The notes beneath the pieces are model-generated. The model worked only from the letters and a program-made list of their open reading frames with translations. It ran no database searches and was not told the DNA's origin. A stretch of DNA of 45,945 nt, taken from contig NMRA01000561.1 in NCBI GenBank assembly GCA_002633005.1, positions 72,570 through 118,514 on the forward strand, in the 5' to 3' direction. Below, piece by piece: positions 12,101 to 24,100 of this stretch. The translations under genes and the position numbers were made by a program. Numbering within the stretch: position 1 is the stretch's first letter; every line of letters starts with the position of its first letter. Source of the stretch: Phoronis australis. Taxonomy: Eukaryota; Animalia; Phoronida.

Positions 12101-15100
12101 TTTACATCTACAATGCCTCTAGAGACCAATGAGGAACCTATTCTCCAGAATAAACATTTTGTAGATTGCAGAAGTGATGTTCACAAATTTGTGTCACTTA
12201 CTGAAAACTAATCTCTTGCAACAATACCATGTGGTGTACAGAGCAACACATGAACTTGCCATTTGTTTTAGCCTACCTGTCAACTGTTAACTTGATCATA
12301 AAACAGATATTACCTGAGAGAAAAACTGTTGAAGAAAAGCTCTTTTTGTAAGTGGAACAGATGACTCGAGGTGATCATGGAGAATGGTGAGTTGTTCTGA
12401 CAGGAAGACTCTGCAAAATAAGGACCAGAAAATGTGAACTTCACAAGTAATTATTTTTATTCAGTTGCAACAGAAAATTACCTCCTTGAAGTGCAGTTAC
12501 ATCCTAATGTCAGAGACTTTGAATTGATACGGAATTAAAAGATGAGACCATGAAGAAGATATAATTTAATTCCTGACCATAACTGTAAAGATTTATTTTG
12601 CATTAGACAATAGATAGATTACATTCGAGCTTCAAAACACAATTCCATGATGCTTATCCTTGAACAACTTCCTAACTGTGATCAAAAGACAGTGAAATGC
12701 CACATACAAATTAATTACGCTAATTCCATGGATTGACATTTTCCATGTATATCACAGCCATCGCATTCAAACTATGAAAGAAAACAATCAACTAAAAGTG
12801 ATAAGTGAGGAGAGCATCCCATGAATATTTCAAATAACGTAATTTCTCAAAACACCAACAGATGTCGTATCTCAGTAGCAGACACCAACACAAGGCAACT
12901 AACTCACAGGGATTCTACAGCAACTACTCTCTCTGCCAGTCCATGAAGACTTTTCACCCCACTGAGGTCTACCGCCGGACACAGATGGGGCTGGGTGATT
13001 CGAACCTGCAACAAACACCTGTGGACTACATTGGATTCGGATCTGAATGAAATTAACATAATCATGCATATCTTGACCTAACCATGCATACCTTGACCTA
13101 ACCATGTGCACCTTGACCTTACCACCCACACCTTGACCTGACCATGCACACCTTGACCTAACCATGTGCACCTTGACCTTACCACCCACACCTTGACCTG
13201 ACCATGCACACCTTGACCTGACCATGCACACCTTGACCTAACCATGTGCACCTTGACGTAACCATGCACACTCTGAACTAACCATTACACCTTGATCTAA
13301 CCACATTTGTTCACTTTCATTTTTTACTATCCTTTGAACAAGAACAAAACATGCAAACACTATGCTAACATGCAAGGAAAATAACCCTCTTAAGTGAATA
13401 CCAATTTTTTTCCTTCAGCAGGAGGGGGAACCCCTTGCCAGCCTCCCCCTTCGGTGATGCATGCCTGAGAGTCATGCCATGTGCAACTAATCACCCTCAT
13501 GAATTTGGCATGGTTAATTAGGCATCTAAGCATAAGGAATTACAGTTGGGCTGACAGTTCATTAGACATCTTGCTGTAAGGAACTACACTTAAGCTAAAA
13601 GTTAATTAGACATCTTGGTATAAGGAATTACAGTTGGGCTGACAGCTGATTAGACATCTTGGTATAATGAATTACAGCGAGACCACACGTTAATTAGGCA
13701 TCTTGGCGTATGAAATTACTGTTGGACAGACAGTTAATTAGACATCTTTGTGTAAGGAATTACAGCTGGGCCAACAGCTAATTATGCATCTTACTGTAAG
13801 GAATTACAGTTGGACCAAACATTCATTAGAAATCTTTGAGTAAGGAATTACAGTTGGGCCGACAGTTAATTAGACATCTTGCTGTAAGGAATTACAGTGG
13901 GACCAAAAGTTAATTAGACATCTTGATGTAAGGAATTACAGTTGGGCCAACAGTTAATTAGACATCTTGGTATAAGGAATTACTGTTGGACAGACAGTCA
14001 ATAAGACATCTTGGTGCAAGGAATTACAGTTGGGCCGACAGTTAATTAGACATCTTGGTATAAGGAATTACTGTTGGACAGACAGTCAATAAGACATCTT
14101 GGTATAAGGAATTACAGTTGGGCCGACAGCAAATTATACATGTTGGTATAAGGACTTAGACCAAGGCAAAGTGCTTGGTACTTGATCAGCTAAATAAATT
14201 TTTAAATCATTTATTCATTATCATTTCTTCCTGACACAAATATCTATGAAACCACATGAATAAAATTCAGTTCCAATAGCACTTTATCACAAAAAGTCAA
14301 AAGGTGCTCAAAACACCATCACCAACTGCTTACTAGCTACTACTTAATTTTATCTGGGTCCAGTTACATAAAAGCTGAGATAGCCACAATGACATTGCAT
14401 TAGCATGTCACATTGCCTTTGTTGAAAAATGCATTTAATGCCGTGCAACAATCCAACTAATCAATTTTTCTTCTGAAAAGTTTCAAAGTTTATAGAATCC
14501 ATTCCCAGTAAAAATTTTCAATGTTTGTGTTTATTTCATTTTGTGCAAAATACAGGTTCAGAGAAATAGTCAACGCGCTTAACACTTTCTACACCACACT
14601 CACCATGTTGTCATCTACACCACACTCACCATGTTGTCGTCTACACCACACTCACCATGGTGTCGTCTACACCACACTCACCATGTTGTCGTCTACACCA
14701 TACTCACCATGTTGTCGTCTACAACACACTCACCATGGTGTCGTCTACACCACACTCACCATGGTGTCGTCTACAACACACTCACCATGTTGTCGTCTAC
14801 ACCACAGGCTTCTCCCAGGATCATACCGTTCCGGATCCTCTCTAGGGTGGTTTGAAGTTTACTGCTCAGCACCTGGTCTTCATTCTGTCACATGATAAAC
14901 ATCTCATAAACTAAAGCATTTTGGGTAACTGTAACTCTACAATAAGTGAACACTGTTTAGGTTTGAGGATGTCTTCCAAGCATATCATAACTTTTACAGT
15001 CATTACATTCATAAAATGTTGGCCATTAATACTGCAGTCACTAGACTGAGTTTGATTACAAAACATTGACAAACACACACTGTTCAGAAGCTATGACATC

Positions 15101-18100
15101 AGAAGCAGTTCACAAGTAGGATTCCTCTTCAGGAAATAATTCCAGACGTCTGATATGCCCACCTGCTGTAGGGTCCCAAATGAGAGGCAGATTAGTCTCC
15201 TTACTACAGTACAATGGCATAACTTGAGGTGCGTCTTTCTTTGTCAATGGACGTCACATGTAACTGGCCAGAATATGGCATTTTTGTATTAGATAAAGAA
15301 TGTGAAAAATGTTCATTTTTAAGTGTTTCATCTGCCAACTCATTAAAATTTTGTTGTTAAAAGTTGTGGTTCCCTACCTGGCGATTAGAAAAAAAGCTGT
15401 ACACCTGAAAACAAACAATTTCAAGAATGAGCCACAAGACACGAGAGAGTTGCCCTTCCACATCAACTTCACATACCACTTTCGCTAACACGCGTATTCA
15501 AAATCTGAGTACTACAAAGACAACTCACAAATCCCGGATTCAATTCTTAGTTTTGTGGAAGTAGAAAAACACATCTCATAATTGACCTAGTTTTCAAAAG
15601 GGAAGGTGCCACAACTGTTCTTAGCTAAGCTGGACAAATGAAGAACAGTTCTACAGTTTTTCTTAGCTTACTTTGGCTGACTAAATTATTGATAACTGCA
15701 CTGCATCAGACTAGGCAACTTTACTACCATTAGAAGGAGAAACAACAAACCAATCTAAAGTAAATTATTGCAAATAAAGATCAACACAGCAACAGTGCCC
15801 TACACACAGCATTGTGGGTAAATTCCACAAAATCATAGAGGGCGCAGTATTCCTGGAAGACGTTTCCGTTACGATTATGATGCTGACAGTGCAAAGTTTG
15901 TTCACTAGACACACAACTATATTAGTCTAAGCTCAAAATTTGACAAAGTAAACTTTCAAGTTCCATGCTCAAGTTTTTGAGTAAATTTGGAGGTCTCCGT
16001 CCCAGATGCCAAGTTAAAGGTAATAGCAAAGAGTTGTTTCTGCTTTTAAAAAATTTAAATTGTTTCACTACTTCAACTTAGCACTCCCATTTACCAGAGA
16101 CTTGAACACTTGATTGCGGAGAAATTACAAAGAATGTCAAACAACTCACCGCATACAGATAAAGGTCAAACAATTGAGACATACAGAAAATGACATCAAA
16201 GGCTATAGTCTGAAGTATGTCCATCATCTGTAGGTATTTACCTACAACAACATATGCACACACATATACCCTTAGGTACAGCACACATCACGAATTTTTG
16301 TCCGTCCGGTCGGAAATTGATCGACGACTAGCAGTCGACCGGTCGGCAAATTAGCCGACCGGTCGGCTAATTTGCCGACCGGTCGGCTAAAAATTAGCCG
16401 ACCGGCAGTCGCCCACAGTGCCGACTCATAAGGCGACTCCACAGCCGACCCTTCAGCCGACTGGCTATCAGCCGACCAGCTGGTCGGCTGCTATTTTTAG
16501 GCTAGAGTAGCAGTTGCGTAATAGGTTGTCAGGCTGATACCACTTTGCGTGTCGATGCATATTCGTCTTAACACAGGGTCAAATAAATTAACCTAGTTTT
16601 ACTGTCTCCGTTACCCTAGTTCACGTCGGTTGTGTAACACCACTAATTCGAAGGTTGAAGGCAAGCGGTAATAGTAAACATTGAATTATGAACAATGCAA
16701 CAAGTTTTGGATGAAAACGTGAAAGTTTTCTTTACATTTGATCTTTAATTTGACTCGTGACGTTAACAATTTGTATTAGATTGGTTGCTTCCCAATACAA
16801 CGCTGTAGTCATTTTGTAAACGCAGCTATTTTTAGCAGTCTTCGCCCACAATTGATTGTGTTTGTGTAACGCCAAACTGCATCTTTTTAGCGTTTATTAA
16901 GTTTCTCACCGGTCTCCTATCACGCGCTCATGATGATGGATTAGTGAGTGTGTTGTTACACCACGAAGAGCTCTCACTCCGGGGGATTTTATTTTCATAC
17001 TATTGACCCTTGCAGTACAGACGCGAAATTCACGGTCCAGTATCCCTAAACCCACGGACTTCGATGGCTCTAACTTCGAAATCATGTATTATGGTTACGA
17101 TTTTCACGAACGGTGACATCACCACTGTTGAGGCTACAGCCAATTGTAGCTTTGCGCATTCCGATTTCATGTATCCGTGACGTTAAAATCTGGGCTAGTT
17201 ACATGTATACACGTAGTCCCCTATAAGTTGGTCGTTCACGTTGTTCCAAAAATAAATATTTTCTGTCAACAAAATATTGACAAATTATGTAAAATAAAAC
17301 AATTGTGAACGGGAAGATGTGAATACGTGGTGAAGAGGTATTTGTCTCTACGCGGCATATGTGCGTGAACCTTTGGTAAAGCGATTGCGATGGCAAAAAA
17401 TGATAGAAAATACACCAAGGTGCACTTTTGAGAAGCAAAGCGTCTGGTGATATTTATAGAGTATGATATGGCCACCTTTGGTAGTAAGTGACGCTGAATT
17501 AGAAGTGGCAACTACATGTTTGGCGCGAAAATAAAAAAATCATGCTTGTATCGCCACCCCCCCACCTCCCCGAATTTTGCACATTCTAGTGAGTCACCAC
17601 TCGAGATTTGGTTCCGTTTCAGTCCTAAAATCGCAGAATAATTCTTCTGTGCTCAGCTGTAAGTCTTAGTAAAGTTTCCAGCATGAGAGCGCTTTATCAG
17701 AAATGACAAACACACGCAGAGTTTTAAGACAGAGACGTTGGTGTTTCCATATGTCCACAAAAGTGCTTTGAGCAGTGTGTACAAATTTGTTCATTTCGCT
17801 TTTCTACACTGACGACTATGGTCAACACATTGTTTTAAAAAAGTACACTTTTGAGGGCATTTTCAAAAATAAATGCTTGGTTGATGAATTCAGCGAGCCA
17901 GTGCTCACAGGCAGGAAAACGTATCTGCGTAAATAAAGAGTTGCGTTTTCAAAACATTCAGAGCATGGCTCGAGCTCAAGGACTACCTGAGAGAGAAAAT
18001 AAAACCGAATACCTAACAGAAACTTGTCCAATGAATATATAGCTCTTGGAAAACTGTTACCCCGAAGAAATGTGCAAAATACGAACGTCATTTACGGAAG

Positions 18101-21100
18101 GTTGTACCAGAAGTGATTCGTTGCAGTGGAGCGGACACGGGATAGTAAAAACACTCTGCTGTGCACTAGTTAGCTGAATGGAAAGCTGAAGCGGAAAAAT
18201 CCAGAAGACACATTTTCTGATCAGGAATCGAAATCTCTGTAGAATCAAAAACAATTGGCAACCAGGATTTACTGCGTCAGAAAACTTATCACGCCAGGAG
18301 AGAATTGTTTTCATGCCCGGAGACTACGTGATCACCCATTATGCAATGATAACAATCCAGTGTGTACCTATACATTGGCATCTATTGTAAAACGTGGATT
18401 AGACGAAAGAAATTCAACCGCATTTTCCAGATACGTCTGTCGTCGGCGACAGGTTGAACATTTAGACCTTGTTTATACGTATAGTACGGACATTATCACT
18501 TTGAAAGATCAATGCTTGGGGATGGTGACGGGGTGTTCTGGTGTGAAAGTTACAGACATGGTAAGTTTGACTTATTAAATTATCAGTTCGGTCGTATTTT
18601 ATTTTGATCCTGAAGTGAAGAATTTTTGGTCTTCACTTGATAAATTATGATAGGTGTTGATGCGATAAATTTTCAGTCTTGACGTGGTGAATTTTGGTCT
18701 TTATTTGTTCTTTGGTCTTCTGTGTGAAAACAATCTCAATGTATTGGATTATTTTAATTCCTGCTTAAGTAAAATTTTTGGTTTTAAGGTATTTATTTTT
18801 GGTCCTGGAGAGTTAACATGTTTTGCTTGGTTTTAATCTTGCATAGAAAAGATATGTCGTTAAATGTTTCAAATTAGGCCTCCCAAAAATGTGGGAGAGC
18901 AGGTTGTGTAGCATCGTACTATGTATCTTCTTATATAAGTCTAGGTGTTCGTGATTTAGTAATACTATGAAAAATGAGTAGTTATCACTACGAAAAATGA
19001 GTAGTTGTGGCTTCTTTTGAAATACTGTATCCTTTGTATGTGCCTGGTGTAGATGGCTCAGTGTGATATTATGTAAGCCTTATTATCCTTTATGGCTGAA
19101 CAACTATATATCTTCATTCATGCCTGTAATAGACGTACTCCCAGGATCATCAAGCATGTGTATGTTTTTATTCTAATGAGGCGTGCCTCGAATGTACAAT
19201 TAGTAATCATACTTTTGCAGTGGTTCATAACAAACGGATTCATTAAACCCAGTAAATATTTTTGCAACAGCCGATCTGCATATTAGACATGCATATTGCA
19301 TCATACCTCATCAGAGTAAAATTTGTTATCAATCATAGTAGAAACAATTATTTTTATCATTGCCACAAGACGTTAACAAACGCAGTCAGTGTCTGTAACT
19401 GTTGTGTCTGCATTGCAAGTCGGTCTATTTCCATTTTTATATCACTGATTCATGCAAAAGGTTTGAAATTGCGCCCCCTTAAGAGTTTTGACTTGCCCTG
19501 GTGATCACTAGAATCCGATGCAATAAACTTATAGAAGTTGTTTTTTAACCAGTGTTATAGAGCTGAAAATTGTCTGCGTTTTCGTTTGCGAGAGTATTCT
19601 TTTTGAATCACTGGGTTAATAATTTTTACGCTCTACATGAAAACACAGACTACTTTTTTAGGATTACATGTACCAGGTTACCCCGAAAATATTATTTTCA
19701 AAATTTTACCCCCTTGGAGTATACGCGAAACGCCAAGTATTGTGTTCTTACGCCAAAGGGCTCGGAAGGCTCTAGCCTTGGTGCGAAGCTATTTTACTAA
19801 ATTAAATATACAAATTTACGCCGTTGTGGGTAAAAACTGACCGAATAAAATCTTCCTAGAGTAATCTAAATTATTTACCAGCATTGCAAAATTGGTTTTC
19901 TACAATTATTCTGCTGCTAAAATTATGGTGTGATCTTTTGCGTCGACTTTCGACGCAATGAAATATTGCGTCTCCTATTAGCCAGTTTTTTTCCCAGATT
20001 CTTCAATCAAACGTTCTCCCTCGAGGTTGCATAAACGTCACAACAAATGATCAGAATTGGTTTCACTTCATTATATGTTTTTTGGAATTTTGATATCAGT
20101 GAACCGAATTTTAGAACAAATTTTGCTGAGATGTTGTCATCATCTAATGAGAGATGTCGAAAACATTTTAGAAGTGACGCGCGTCACGAATGAACTCTTT
20201 TCAAAACGACGACATACGTTTTTTCGTTACAAAAGGCAGAAAATTATGCAAGAAGATGATGTCGGATGTTCTACGCTTAAACGGCTGTAATGGGAAACTT
20301 TACTGCCAATTGACTTCTAGATTTTGCATGCACACCCGCCGGTCTTGAGCTCATGTTGATACAAGCTTCACGACGATGTGACAAGCGTAACTATCTGGGC
20401 TGTTCGAAGTTTCGATCTCAATACGCAGTGGCACATTGCTGTATTTTGAAAATAGTCTTCCTACAGCTAGCTGGCTAGATAAGAAGGCTCTAGCTTCGAA
20501 AAAGATTTTTACTGCGAAAGTGGTAACAATTTCAGAATGATGATGGATGATGGATGACACAATAAACCGATCACAGTCTTCCGTTTTCATGCGCCCATGA
20601 TTTAATATCGGCGCTACGTTCAAACCATTGTTTATGTTGTTCCTAAAATATTGCTGTACCAACATATTAAGAAATTATACAGAAATAAACAATTATCTGT
20701 GGTAAAGCGCAATATACAGCGTGATGAAGTGATGATCAAGAGCAATAACGGATGAGTGCAAATGCGTGATGCTTGTTGAGCATTCCGCTGCATGAAAACA
20801 TTTGAGGTCGTAAAATATCCAGTGTTGTATTCTGATTTTTATGCATTTTTACTATAAATTTCAAATTTCGTGCTTGTTTATATGCATAATGTACGGTATA
20901 AAAAGTCTCATATCTAAAGTTAGAAATTATGCTTCCACGATACCACTTAACGTTTGATTTTACCACACCGTCATTAATTCAACGTCAAGTTTTAGGCTGG
21001 TGTAATGTCACACACTTCGTATTTGTAGATTGATTCGATTTTACCTCCTTTCAATAGCTGAACAAAAGTTGATAACCCGATGTCAGAACCGGAGTTGCCA

Positions 21101-24100
21101 CTGGTAAACGAACAGCGAACAGTTAAATGTTTGTTTGTCCAAAGTTCACCCGCTAACTCATAAAATGGTAATTGCCGACCAAGGGCACGCTTAATCCGAA
21201 TTGGTCGTCTACGCTAGGCGACCACTTAGCCGACCCAAGTGCCGACCACACAGGCGACTCAGCAGACGGCTCTTAGCCGACCATTGTTGGTCGGCTGCTG
21301 GTCGGCTAGACTACCGGTCGACGGCCGGTCGTCGACCTTTTTACGACCGGTCGGACAAAAATTCGTGATGTGTGCTGTAAGGAAAATGACAAAATAAAGA
21401 CAAAATACCATTCTCTGGATACAATCAAATGATGTTTCAACCTAATTTCCAAAGAAAAGCCTAAAAAAATTGTATATACAATGTTATCATTATTGTGTAC
21501 ATTAAAACAAAATGTTGCCATAGGAACTGTGGTGTCATCTCATAACTGATATATAACATTTGACAAACAACGTCAATTGGAATCAAATGAATAAAAACTA
21601 CGAGAAAGAATCTCAAGTTGATGCATGAATCCAGGTAATGAAGTCATTACAAAATGGCGTGTCTGAATGTAGAGCTAATCTGGCTCCTGATTCACACAGT
21701 AAATACTTAAAGCTTTTTGCCATGTTTAGCAGTCACTTTAAATGAATTTGAGTTCCAACTTAAGTGTCAAAACCAACAGCTGATCAAGGGAAATTGTCAT
21801 TGTTGTGAGCTATTTTTGAGAGGGAGTCCATTTTCAAATTGCAGGGGTGTCCAACCCCCAATGAAATTGACAATTTTCTGGTGCACTTCTTGACCTTTTG
21901 AGTGTTTGTATGTTCTTCTTGGAAAGACAAAACAACAAGTTCCATCATGGTGACGTCCATCGGGGTAAGGAAAATTTGAAAACCTGATGGAGAATTTTGA
22001 AACAGTAAAAAGACTAATTGGTTATTCAGTTTTACCATTAAGCTAAACAGAGCGAGATGCAGCTTTAAATAACTAACCAATATCATAATAACGAGTTAAC
22101 TCACCAAATATTCTAAGAACTGTCAGAGTGGTATTTGAGATGATAGGAGCTGACTTGACACCGGTCCACTGTTTAACACTGCGTTGCCTATTGAAAGATC
22201 TGGAAATATTTGAAAAATCATGTTGAGGCACAAAATCTATTTCATAGATAGTTGCACCTAGACAACGTATTACATACTAAATAGTTGCACCTAGACAATG
22301 AAGAATCAAGTCAAACATGGTGAATCTAATAAAAAGCAAATATGGACATTAGATTAAGTTTGTAAAATAACAATTGAAATGTAAGAGTTTTTAAACACTA
22401 AAGTAACCAAGCTTGAAATGTCAATCTGCAAACTTTTAACAATACTTTGTATGCATTTCCAAACTCATGGTAATCATCTACAACAGGCTTTGCTGTCGTA
22501 AAAAAGTATTTGTAAGGACTTTGCATTACTGCACTGCAACGCCCCCTATACCTCCTGACTGGTACTTCTCCTGTCTGTTCGTCTATGAAGTCTTGTTTCA
22601 GTTCATCTGGCACATCATCATCGCTATCACTCCCACCACTACCGTTGTTACCAAACGAGTGATACTGAAAATGGCAACAGATTCACACACTGTTTATTCA
22701 CTCACAGAAGGATTGATGGTAAGCTTCCACTAACTGCTGGTAGACAGATTTTGCTGTTTTTGCTGCAAACTGCATCAGAAAAAAGTGATTTTGTGTTTTA
22801 ATAAGCCTGTTAAAGTATAATTAGCCAAGGTTGTCAAACGTTCTCTGGCCCACTCTGCATAACACAATGAAATCTCATATGGCACACAAACACACAAAGA
22901 GAACTTTATTAATTTATCAAAACACTCAGTCAGAGGTGTATGCCTATTAAACAGGGCACACGACACCAGCTCATCTTATGGTTACGAAATGCTGCTACAA
23001 TAAATTCCACAATGATCGACCCTCAAACTGAATAGACAGTTAAGTATATTACAGACATGCGTAGACCTACCAAGGCAGACATCTTACCTGGTCTAAGCAC
23101 TATTCACAAGAGTTTGAACCATTTTAACTCCACTTATTAGAAACCAAGACTATAACAAAATTCAATTCAATTTGAACACACCTGTTCTGTAATAGTGACA
23201 ATGAGGTATGTCCACAAGTATTGCTGTAAACCTTGTAGTTAGGATTAACCATGACAACTTACACCATTAGTATTGCTGTAAACCTTGTAGTTAGGATTAA
23301 CCATGACAACTTACACCATTAATTTCCAAGACATCTTCACTCTCTTCCTCTTCTACCTGAACATCAAATGGACTTCCTGTTTCAACAAACCTCTCAAAAT
23401 ATGAAACTTGTGATGATGACGTTGTGTTCAGTTGTAGGCTAGACTGTGACAAGCTCTTTTTAACATCACTGTTCCTCATAAAGCGAAATTCCTGCAAAAA
23501 TACATAGAATTACAATTTTGATTTTGACTATGAATATCAAGTCAGGCTATGCAGATCCTTCACAGAATGATAAGGTGGTATCAAGACTTGTTTTTATTTA
23601 GAATTCTGCAGATTAACAACTCAACTCCATGGCACAGAAGTAACTTACAAGACAAGAATGACTACAAAGATATGTATAGTGAAGAACGACTGTAGAACAA
23701 CGAACAACGAGCTCATAATTAACATTTTATTAATGGGAAAAGTGACCTCACTGATTCTGATCTGTGCACACACTGGACTCCATTTAAGGATTTAACCTAC
23801 AAAAACAGTTTCAAAACAACCAAGAAGTGGCATCGTTTTACATTGTCTTGACCAATTGAACTGCTTTGACAGAAGAAAGATGTCACCACCTGTAGCTGCA
23901 TGAGACTAAAGTTGGACTTGACAGGACACAGCTCCCAGCCTTCGTTATCTAGGAACATTCTCAACTCATCAAGGCGTGCTCGGTGGTAGTTCTTGAAGTA
24001 GTTAGATGTCTGCAGGCGGATGGACTCTTGCAGGCTCTCTGACTTACTGTTACAAAACTCCTCACCCACTTTGACCAGTCTAGGGAGAGGTGAAATTTTG

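Noticed and set aside
13006-13050. Possible duplicated acceptor upstream of exon 17 (CAG|ATCCGAATC versus CAG|GTTCGAATC)
   Set aside because: The match is too short to distinguish from chance
13513-14157. CRISPR-like appearance of the 44-bp, 31-bp and 30-bp arrays
   Set aside because: They are head-to-tail units with no unique spacers and no cas genes, inside eukaryotic introns
16236-16246. Recursive splice site (TAG|GTAAAT) at the start of exon 14
   Set aside because: Explained by the conserved Gly-Lys codons; no independent evidence
23884-23892. Tandem GTGGTG donor at exon 10 (would add one Val)
   Set aside because: Common motif; the second GT has a poor consensus and cannot be assessed without RNA data
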